Positions 37,810 through 45,027 of a DNA stretch of 64,000 nt are shown here, piece by piece. The position numbers were made by a program, and so were the translations under genes. This DNA comes from Dehalococcoidia bacterium (lineage in GTDB: Bacteria > Chloroflexota > Dehalococcoidia > Lucifugimonadales > UBA3495). Position 1 is the first letter of the stretch. Every line of letters starts with the position of its first letter. The notes under the pieces were generated by a model. The model was given only the letters and a program-made list of their open reading frames with translations, ran no database searches and was not told where the DNA came from. The DNA lies in NCBI GenBank assembly GCA_034428455.1, contig DAOUHZ010000147.1, forward strand, positions 75,576-139,575, in the 5' to 3' direction.

Positions 37810-40533
37810 TTGACTACGATGACCCTTATGATGCCGCTGTTGCCGACAATAACGCCGCGTGATTTCATCGCCAAATGGGATGGCGCAGATTTTGGCGAAA
37901 AGCAGGCCGCGCAGGAGATGTTCCTCGACATCTGCGGGATGGTAGGACACCCTACCCCGGTCGCCCACGGCGATTCGGAAGTCTTCACCTTCGAAAAGCG
38001 CGTGCCAGGCGGGTTCGCCGATGCTTATCTGGAAGGCCATTTCGTCTGGGAATTCAAAGGACGGGACCGTCAGCTGAGCGAGGCCGTGGTCCAGGCGGTG
38101 GGTTACGCCCGCCACCTCAAAAATCCACCGCTCATCGTGGCCTCGTCCTTCGAAACCGTACGCATTGAAACCAACTTCCCGGGAATGGAACTGGTACAGC
38201 ACAATATCGCGCTGTCCGAACTGGCCGAACCGGCTAACCTGGAATTGCTGCACAACGTTTTCCACAATCCGGACGCATTGCGACCCCAACGCAGTGTCGC
38301 CGCCGTCACGCAAGACACCGCTCACTTGTTCAGCCAAATCGTCGCCGATATGGAAGGATATACGGCCGACCCGGAACTGCTGGCCCGTTACCTGAATCGA
38401 ATCGTTTTCTGCCTTTACGCGGAGGATGCGGGCTTGTTGCCCGAGGACATACTTTCCGACATCCTGCATGTCAACCGGCGGCGTCCCGATTTGTCCAACC
38501 GGGCTTTGGCTAACCTCTTTGACCAGATGGCCGCGGGCGGGTTATTCGGCACGTACGAAATCACCCCCTTCAACGGCGACCTGTTCCGGGGCGACACGCC
38601 GGTAGAACTCAGCAGCGGTGCGATGCAGCGTCTCGGCGAGGCGGTCGTCGCCAACTGGCGCAGCATCGAGCCGTCCATATTTGGGACGCTGTTCGAGCGG
38701 GCGCTGGACGCATCCAAGCGGGCGCAGACGGGCGCGCATTACACCGGCGCGGAGGACATCGAGCTGGTGGTGGAGCCGGTGGTGATGACTCCGCTGCGCC
38801 GGGAGTGGGACGCCGCCCGGCAGGAAATCGACCTCCTGCTGGAGGAAGACAATGCCGACGCGGCGCGGGAACGGCTGAAGGCGTTTCGCCGGCGGCTGGA
38901 CTCGGTCACGGTGCTGGACCCGGCCTGCGGCAGCGGCAACTTCCTGTACATCGCCCTGCGGTCGCTGCTGGACCTGGAGCTGGCGGTCATTGACTTTGCC
39001 GCCGCCCGGGGTTGGCCTGGGCTGACGCCCAAGGTGCAGCCCAACCAAATGCTGGGATTGGAAATCAACCACTACGCGGCGGAACTGGCGCGCACCGCCC
39101 TGTGGATCGGCTACATCCAGTGGCACGAGGCCAACGGGTTTCCCTATACTCAGCGTCCCATCCTGACGCCGCTGGACACGATACGGCAGACCGACGCCAT
39201 CCTGGACCTGAGCGACCCCGACAACCCGGCGGAACCGGAATGGCCGGCGGCGGAGTTTATCGTGGGAAACCCGCCGTTTTTGGGCGGCAAACTGCTCCGC
39301 ACCGGCTTGAGCGACGAGTACGTGGACGCGCTGTTTCGGCAATACGACGGCAGGGTGCCGGCCGAGGCGGACCTGGTGTGCTACTGGTTCGATAAAGCGC
39401 AGCAAGCGGTTGAGGCTGGGGCGGTCAAACGGGCGGGCCTGCTGGCGACGCAGGGGATAAGGGGCGGCGCAAACCGGCGCGTGTTGCAGCGCATCAAGGA
39501 AACCGGCGACATCTTCATGGCGTGGTCGGATCACCCATGGGTGCTGGAAGGCGCGGCGGTGCACATCTCCATTGTCGGTTTCGACGACGGTTCCGAGACC
39601 GAGCGCGAACTGGACGGGCAGCCGGCTCCAGCTATCAACGCCAACCTGACGGCCGGGGTTGACCTGACGGCGGCGAAACGCCTGGGAGAAAACCTTGGCA
39701 TCGCGTTCATGGGCGACACCAAGGGCGGCCCGTTCGACATTTCCGGCGGACTGGCGCAAGAAATGCTCGCCAGTCCCAACCCGCATGGCAAAAGCAATGA
39801 GGGGGTGCTCAGGCCGTGGGTCAATGGGCGCGACATTACGGACCGTTCCCGAGGCATGTGGATCATCGACTTTGTTGATTTGTCCTTAGACCAAGCGGTC
39901 CTGTACGAAACACCTTTTGAGTACGTGGATGCTCATGTAAGGCCGCAACGAGAGCGCTCTCGATCAACGATTTCAAGCTGGTGGTTGCACGAACGTCCCC
40001 GACCTGATATGAGGCAGGCTCTGGAAAGCATTGACAGGTATATCGTGACTCCAAGAGTGTCCAAGCACAGATTGTTTGCCTGGATAGCGGGCAAAGTATT
40101 GGCGGACAGCGCCACGATTGCGCTTGCAAGAGACGACGACTACACTTTCGGCGTGTTGCACTCGCGCTTTCACGAGCTTTGGGCTTTGGCGATGGGAACG
40201 CAGTTGGAAACGCGGCCACGCTACACACCGACAACGTGCTTTGAGACGTTTCCGTTTCCGCGTCCGACGGAGGAGCAGCGGGAGGCCATCGGCGCGGCCG
40301 CGGCGGAGTTGAACCGGCTGCGGGAGGGCTGGCTGAATCCGGATGGGATCAGCGCGACGGAGCTGCGGAGGCGGACGCTGACGAACCTGTACAACCAGCG
40401 GCCGACGTGGCTGGACAACATCCACGCCCGTCTCGACGCGGCGGTGGCCGACGCCTACGGGTGGCCGGCGGACCTGGCGGAGGGGGAGATCCTGGAGCGT
40501 CTGCTGGCGCTGAACTTGGAGAGGGCGGGGTAA
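37810..40533 (+). CDS. MmeI-family Type IIL/IIG single-chain restriction endonuclease / N6-adenine DNA methyltransferase
   Basis: 907 aa. The N-terminal region is collinear with MmeI (FIAKW..EKQAAQEMFLDICGMVG..FADAYLEGHFVWEFKGRD, a D-x12-E-x-K nuclease motif). SAM motif I VLDPACGSGNFLY and motif IV FIVGNPPFLGG are present. The long C-terminal region carries WW.HERPR, KHRLF and FETFPFP, typical of this family. Confidence 0.8.
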   Translation: MTTMTLMMPLLPTITPRDFIAKWDGADFGEKQAAQEMFLDICGMVGHPTPVAHGDSEVFTFEKRVPGGFADAYLEGHFVWEFKGRDRQLSEAVVQAVGYARHLKNPPLIVASSFETVRIETNFPGMELVQHNIALSELAEPANLELLHNVFHNPDALRPQRSVAAVTQDTAHLFSQIVADMEGYTADPELLARYLNRIVFCLYAEDAGLLPEDILSDILHVNRRRPDLSNRALANLFDQMAAGGLFGTYEITPFNGDLFRGDTPVELSSGAMQRLGEAVVANWRSIEPSIFGTLFERALDASKRAQTGAHYTGAEDIELVVEPVVMTPLRREWDAARQEIDLLLEEDNADAARERLKAFRRRLDSVTVLDPACGSGNFLYIALRSLLDLELAVIDFAAARGWPGLTPKVQPNQMLGLEINHYAAELARTALWIGYIQWHEANGFPYTQRPILTPLDTIRQTDAILDLSDPDNPAEPEWPAAEFIVGNPPFLGGKLLRTGLSDEYVDALFRQYDGRVPAEADLVCYWFDKAQQAVEAGAVKRAGLLATQGIRGGANRRVLQRIKETGDIFMAWSDHPWVLEGAAVHISIVGFDDGSETERELDGQPAPAINANLTAGVDLTAAKRLGENLGIAFMGDTKGGPFDISGGLAQEMLASPNPHGKSNEGVLRPWVNGRDITDRSRGMWIIDFVDLSLDQAVLYETPFEYVDAHVRPQRERSRSTISSWWLHERPRPDMRQALESIDRYIVTPRVSKHRLFAWIAGKVLADSATIALARDDDYTFGVLHSRFHELWALAMGTQLETRPRYTPTTCFETFPFPRPTEEQREAIGAAAAELNRLREGWLNPDGISATELRRRTLTNLYNQRPTWLDNIHARLDAAVADAYGWPADLAEGEILERLLALNLERAG

Positions 40534-40560
40534 GGGCTTTCACCCTCATTATTGCGCTCA

Positions 40561-41193
40561 TCAAACCCCGGTAAGCCGCAGCGTCTCCTGCAACACCGAT
40601 TCCACATCCTCAGGCCCGGCGACCAGCAGGTGCGGGCGCGGCACCGGTTGGTCGGCGACGGCCATGCGCGAGTACACGTCCCAGGTAGCATCGCTCTGCG
40701 CGGCCTCTCCGACGCCCTTGGCCCGGTCCGTCAGGCGACGGCGCACCAGCTCCGAAGGGGCGGTGAACCGGATTATCGACGGCTCGACACCCACCGCATC
40801 CGCAGATTCATAAAGCGGACGCCGCACTTTCTCGTTCAGATTGGTGGCGTCGAACACCACCGAGTACCCGTCCCGCAGGTAGCCCCGGGTCAGCACGTGC
40901 ATCGCGGAAAACACCCGACGGTGCTCTCTGCGGCTGTAGCTCGGTCGGTCGACCAGCAGCTTGCGGGTCCGGTCGCTGTTTAGCCACACAAACGGCGCGC
41001 GGCGGACCAACTCGCGGGCGAAATGGGACTTGCCGGTACCAGGCAAGCCACAGAGGATCACCAGGCTTGGCGACGCGTGGGTGGTTTTAGGCAACCCTTC
41101 TGCGTACGCTGATCGCAGCCGCTCCAAGTCCGGCGGACGAAGACCCCCCGCCGTCCAGGACTTGCGCGGCGACGGAGACGTTGATCCGGACAC
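40561..41193 (-). CDS. P-loop kinase-like ATPase (AAA_33 / zeta-toxin-like fold)
   Basis: Walker A VILCGLPGTGKSHFAREL and a Walker B-like VVFDATN. The protein is 210 aa. Confidence 0.6.
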   Translation of the reverse strand: MSGSTSPSPRKSWTAGGLRPPDLERLRSAYAEGLPKTTHASPSLVILCGLPGTGKSHFARELVRRAPFVWLNSDRTRKLLVDRPSYSRREHRRVFSAMHVLTRGYLRDGYSVVFDATNLNEKVRRPLYESADAVGVEPSIIRFTAPSELVRRRLTDRAKGVGEAAQSDATWDVYSRMAVADQPVPRPHLLVAGPEDVESVLQETLRLTGV

Positions 41194-41235
41194 CAGCGCT
41201 CTCCTTTGCGCCCCATAGTGGGACCGCGTCAGACG

Positions 41236-41511
41236 CTAGGCTAACAAAGCTCGAAGAGCGTATTGAACCACCACCAGCACAATCATCACCACCAACGGGC
41301 TGAAATCGATCATTCCGGTCTGCGGCAGCATCCGCCGGATGGGCCCCAGCACCGGCTCGGTCAGCGAAAACACCACATCGTAGAGGCGAACCAGAATATC
41401 CGGCGCCCCGTTCCCCTGCATCGTCATGTACTGCACCACGAAGCCCAGGATGATGCGGGCCAGCAGCAGCAGATAGCACAGCGTGATGAATAGGGTGATT
41501 AGCTCAAGCAT
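41236..41511 (-). CDS. yggT: YggT family membrane protein
   Basis: 91 aa with two TM segments flanking ..LTEPVLGPIRRMLP..G.IDFSPLV.., the YggT signature. Confidence 0.8.
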   Translation of the reverse strand: MLELITLFITLCYLLLLARIILGFVVQYMTMQGNGAPDILVRLYDVVFSLTEPVLGPIRRMLPQTGMIDFSPLVVMIVLVVVQYALRALLA

Positions 41512-41538
41512 GACGGGTTGCCGGGTAAATGCGGGGGC

Positions 41539-42342
41539 TTAGTTCTGGCCCAGGCGCACGGATTTCAGGTACGCGGCATTGACCGCGTCGACCAGGGCCG
41601 CCGGCACGCCGGCGCGTTCGAGAGCCTGCAAGCCCTCCGCCGTGGTGCCGCCCGGCGAGGTGACCATGTCCTTGAGCTCGCCGGGGTGCCGGCCGGTTTC
41701 GGAAACCAACTGCACGCTTCCCTTCACTGTCTGCAACGCCAGCCGTCGAGACACGTCGCGCGGCAATCCGACGTACACGCCGGCGTCGATCAGGGCCTCA
41801 ACGATGAGGAACACGTATGCCGGGCCGCTGGCGCTGAGCGCGGTCGCCATGTCCAGGTATTTTTCGTCATCGACGTAGATCGCATCGCCGATGGTGGAGA
41901 GCATGGCGTCGGTGGCTTCCCGATGCGCCTCGCTCACGGAGGACGCACAGGTCCACATCGTCATGCCTTCGCCGATCTGCGCTGGCGTGTTGGGCATGAC
42001 TCGGATGATGCCATCGTGTTTCATTCCATTGGCAAGCGAAGTCATCGTGGCGCCGGCCACTATGGACATAAGCGACTTCCCGCCGCCGAACGAACCGCCG
42101 ATGTCCGCGTAAACCTTCGGGAGATCCTGCGGCTTCACCGCCAGCGCAACCAGTTCGGATGCGTTGACCACGGCGCCGTTTTCGCCCGAGACCTCTACCC
42201 CATACCGCTCGGCAAGGTAGTCTCGCCGCGCCGGCACCGGCTCTCCCACCATAACGTCGCCAGCTTCGGCGACGCCGGCGTTGAGCATCCCGCCCAGGAT
42301 AGCCTCGGCCATCGTTCCACCGCCGATGAACCCGATATTCAT
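41539..42342 (-). CDS. proC: pyrroline-5-carboxylate reductase
   Basis: MNIGFIGGGTMAEAI Rossmann start, ..RVMPNTPA.. and ..SPGGTTAEGL.. are ProC signatures. The track ORF starts at 42393. Confidence 0.9.
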   Translation of the reverse strand: MNIGFIGGGTMAEAILGGMLNAGVAEAGDVMVGEPVPARRDYLAERYGVEVSGENGAVVNASELVALAVKPQDLPKVYADIGGSFGGGKSLMSIVAGATMTSLANGMKHDGIIRVMPNTPAQIGEGMTMWTCASSVSEAHREATDAMLSTIGDAIYVDDEKYLDMATALSASGPAYVFLIVEALIDAGVYVGLPRDVSRRLALQTVKGSVQLVSETGRHPGELKDMVTSPGGTTAEGLQALERAGVPAALVDAVNAAYLKSVRLGQN

Positions 42343-42349
42343 TGCGCTA
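42339..42349. repeat. 11-bp direct repeat copy 1 (TCATTGCGCTA) at the copy B stop / proC start junction
   Basis: It is identical to 42880-42890. On the minus strand it reads TAG-CGCA-ATG, that is, the stop of the PaREP1-like ORF, 4 nt, then the proC start. Confidence 0.85.
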
Positions 42350-42883
42350 GTCCTCGTTGCCCGCCAAGCCGTGCTTGCGGGAGAATCCCACATCGGAGGT
42401 ATCGCCCATTGCCAATTGTTCGTTCCCGGTGAGGCGGCGCAGCCGTCGCAACTGTGTGTTGCTGCTGATCGTGAACGGACGGGGAGGCATGGCCGTCAGG
42501 TCGATCAATGCCTCCATCACCCGCTCAACTCCGTCGATCATTTCGGACAACTCTTCCGGGCTGCGGTGATTTTCGTAAAAGTTCTCGTGGCCGACGAAGT
42601 ATGCCAACGAAAGAGCATATGCCTGATCAGTGTCGAAGCCGTATTCCAGCACGAGCTGGCTAAGTACTGCGTGAACGTCCTGATGGGACTTATGCCGCCA
42701 GCCGCGTTGTTCGGCGATGGCTTTCACCGGGTGCACCACGGCGCCCCAAGCTTTCTCACCCGCCTGCAAGCGGCTGCCATTAGACAGTTCTTCGCGAGCC
42801 TGGATGATCATACGCAAGCTGATCCGGAGACGGTCTTCGGTACTTTGAACGCCGTGCGCCGGCAAATCCGGTGCGGTGGTCAT
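42347..42883 (-). CDS. PaREP1-like (HEPN-like helical) small protein, copy B
   Basis: QAGEKAWGAVVHPVKAIAEQRGWRHKSH....GHENFYEN has the same motifs as copy A. ATG 42883 lies 4 nt after the pdxA stop, and the ORF's own stop lies 4 nt before the proC ATG. GC is somewhat lower than in the flanking genes. Confidence 0.5.
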   Translation of the reverse strand: MTTAPDLPAHGVQSTEDRLRISLRMIIQAREELSNGSRLQAGEKAWGAVVHPVKAIAEQRGWRHKSHQDVHAVLSQLVLEYGFDTDQAYALSLAYFVGHENFYENHRSPEELSEMIDGVERVMEALIDLTAMPPRPFTISSNTQLRRLRRLTGNEQLAMGDTSDVGFSRKHGLAGNED

Positions 42884-42890
42884 TGCGCTA
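42880..42890. repeat. 11-bp direct repeat copy 2 (TCATTGCGCTA) at the pdxA stop / copy B start junction
   Basis: It is identical to 42339-42349. On the minus strand it reads TAG-CGCA-ATG, that is, the pdxA stop, 4 nt, then the start of the PaREP1-like ORF. Confidence 0.85.
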
Positions 42891-43931
42891 ACCCTCGCCC
42901 CAGCCGTCCGTGAGGCCGTCGCCCCGGGCGAAAGCCACTGCCATACGGATCGATTCCACCATTGACGTGTGGTCGGCCAGGTTCTTGCCGGCGATGTCGA
43001 ACGCCGTTCCGTGGTCAACCGACGTCCGAATGAACGGCAGCCCGAGGTTGGCGGTGATGCTCTCTTCGAAGCCGTACACCTTGACCGGGATGTGCCCCTG
43101 GTCGTGGTACATGCAAAGGGTCACGTCGTACCGGTCTTGGATCGCCTGGTGGAAGATGATATCTGCCGGCACCGGCCCGATGGCGTTGATGCCTTCGCTC
43201 TGCGCCTGCTGCACCGCCGGCGCGATCTCTTCCGCTTCCTCGCTCCCCAGCAGCCCGCCGTCGCTGCCGTGCGGGTTCAACGCGGCGACGCCGATGCGAG
43301 GATTCGCAAATCCCCACTTGCGGAAGTTGTCGTCGGTGAGCCTCAGGTAGTCGAGGATCCGGTCCTTCTTCACGTAATCGCAGGCTACGCGCAGTGACCG
43401 GTGCGTTGTCAGGTGCACCACCCGCAGGTTCTTGGCCATCAGCATGGTGGCGACGGTCTTCGCGCCCGAAAGTTCCTGGAGCAACTCCATGTGCCCGATG
43501 GCTTCGTATCCGGCCAGCGCGGCGGCTTCCTTGTTCAGCGGAGCCGTCGCCAGGCCGTCGACCACACCGGCCATTGCCAACTGTCCGGCCTTGCTGACCC
43601 ACTCCATGGCCGCCCTGCCACACGGTACGCTCAGCTGTCCGACGGTGATGTCCTCGGGATTAAGGTTCCCGATGTCCACCACGTCCACCACCGCAGGATT
43701 GTCGCCGGCCGAAGTGGGGTCGTCGGTGTGGTTGATCCCCATCGGAAGTCCGGTCAACCGGGCCGCCTCTTCCATCGCATGGACATTGCCCACCACCACG
43801 GGTCGACACGCAGCGTACACCCGCGGATCGGCCAGCGCCTTGACCACCACCTCCGGCCCGATGCCGCAGGGGTCGCCCATAGTGATCGCAATGGCCGGTC
43901 GCATCGTTTCGTTTTCCGTCCCTGATACCAT
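42888..43931 (-). CDS. pdxA: 4-hydroxythreonine-4-phosphate dehydrogenase
   Basis: IAITMGDPCGIGPE, ..TAPLNKEA.., ..GH.E.L.. and HGTAFDIAG are PdxA signatures. The start is 43931 (GAGG RBS) or 43904. Confidence 0.85.
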   Translation of the reverse strand: MVSGTENETMRPAIAITMGDPCGIGPEVVVKALADPRVYAACRPVVVGNVHAMEEAARLTGLPMGINHTDDPTSAGDNPAVVDVVDIGNLNPEDITVGQLSVPCGRAAMEWVSKAGQLAMAGVVDGLATAPLNKEAAALAGYEAIGHMELLQELSGAKTVATMLMAKNLRVVHLTTHRSLRVACDYVKKDRILDYLRLTDDNFRKWGFANPRIGVAALNPHGSDGGLLGSEEAEEIAPAVQQAQSEGINAIGPVPADIIFHQAIQDRYDVTLCMYHDQGHIPVKVYGFEESITANLGLPFIRTSVDHGTAFDIAGKNLADHTSMVESIRMAVAFARGDGLTDGWGEG

Positions 43932-44102
43932 TTCACGCCTCATCCGTCAGTGCGATTTGCGCCCGGCCGATTGGCGGCAAATTATAGCACGCGGGCCGCG
44001 CTGAAAAGCCGCTGCTTTTCCGAGGTGGGTTGCCCAGATAAGGCGAACCTCTTAAACTTGCGGCACAAATCCGCTTTTGACTTGGCACTGTCAGGAGGCG
44101 CC

Positions 44103-44639
44103 ATGGCCTCACCAGAAAATTTCGAGCAGGACCGCGGCAAATTGATTGAGGCCGTGATTTACCTGAGCGAGCTGTCCATTGACGACCCCGAGTTTGGCCT
44201 GCCCAAATTGACCAAGATGCTCTATTACGCTGATTGCGAGTCCTATATGGAGTACGGTCAGCCTATCACCGGAACCACTTACCTCCATTTTCCCCACGGC
44301 CCCTATCCGGAGAACTGGTACCAGATAAGGGAACGGATGGAGCAGGATGGCGACGTGGAGGTACTCCACGATACCGCCGCTGGAGGGTATCACAACTACT
44401 GGTTGCTGCCTCTCCGCCCGCCTGACTTGGAACGGCTCACCCTCGAAGACCGCAAGGCGTTGGAGGCGCAAGTGAAGCGTTTTGCCGGCTTCAACGCCGC
44501 GGGCATCGAGCAATACTCCCGCCAGGACATCGGCTGGCGGGCCACTGAAGATGGGCAACCAATCTCATACGAATTGGCTGGCGTCTTCGCTCCAACGCCG
44601 AGCGTGCGCGAATTCCGAGAATCCCGAGTCGCTAGCTAA
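44103..44639 (+). CDS. Panacea-domain (DUF4065, SocA/PanA-like) antitoxin-type protein
   Basis: PKLTKMLYYADCESYMEYGQPITGTTYLHFPHGPYP matches the DUF4065 core (KL.KLLYYA......G.P......A...GPV). ATG 44103 is preceded by AGGAGG. The track ORF starts at 43950. Confidence 0.7.
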   Translation: MASPENFEQDRGKLIEAVIYLSELSIDDPEFGLPKLTKMLYYADCESYMEYGQPITGTTYLHFPHGPYPENWYQIRERMEQDGDVEVLHDTAAGGYHNYWLLPLRPPDLERLTLEDRKALEAQVKRFAGFNAAGIEQYSRQDIGWRATEDGQPISYELAGVFAPTPSVREFRESRVAS

Positions 44640-45027
44640 CTTTCCTCGCTCCCAGCAGCCAAACGGTGACGTCATCTTCTATGATTTCGTAGCGGATTTC
44701 TATCCTACCGTGGCGATTAGCAGCAGAACGGGGAAACCCGATGCGTCTGACGTTATCAGGCTCTCCTGGGATAAGTGCTCCGGTCATGGGATACTCCGAC
44801 AATCGCCTTTTTATGCCTTCAAGCGTAGCAGGATCCGCCATCTGATTAATCCAACCTTCAATGATACCGCTCCGCCAATCCGACTGAAAGGATTCCCGCT
44901 CCGCGACCGAATACCGACCTCGCTGGTGTGGAATCACTACCCCGCATCTCCATTTCGCATCGTTTGACCATCGCCGAAATCCAACAAGCCAGAGCGGATT
45001 ATCATCCGCCCCGGCCCGGTCGGTCAT
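44632..45027 (-). CDS. RelE/ParE-superfamily-like toxin candidate with an N-terminal extension of about 37 aa
   Basis: The C-terminal ..GEPDNVRRIGFP....HGRIEIRYEIIEDDVTVWLLGARK resembles the RelE/ParE core (R.R.G.YRI.Y.I.....V.I..I.HR). ATG 45027 overlaps the nrdJ stop (ATGA). An alternative GTG start is at 44937. This stretch has clearly lower GC. Confidence 0.45.
   Translation of the reverse strand: MTDRAGADDNPLWLVGFRRWSNDAKWRCGVVIPHQRGRYSVAERESFQSDWRSGIIEGWINQMADPATLEGIKRRLSEYPMTGALIPGEPDNVRRIGFPRSAANRHGRIEIRYEIIEDDVTVWLLGARKVS

Noticed and set aside
38542-39786. 414-aa minus-strand ORF (also 37543-38469, 308 aa)
   Set aside because: Both are antisense to the MmeI-like gene, whose methyltransferase and nuclease motifs are clear. 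The shadow ORFs are Arg/Gln/Val-rich with no motifs.
41518-42432. 304-aa plus-strand ORF
   Set aside because: It is antisense to proC, which has a canonical Rossmann start and P5CR motifs.
43950-44102. N-terminal 51-codon extension of the Panacea ORF in the track
   Set aside because: The extension begins with a non-ATG start, lacks an RBS and covers the divergent promoter region. The internal ATG 44103 has a strong AGGAGG.
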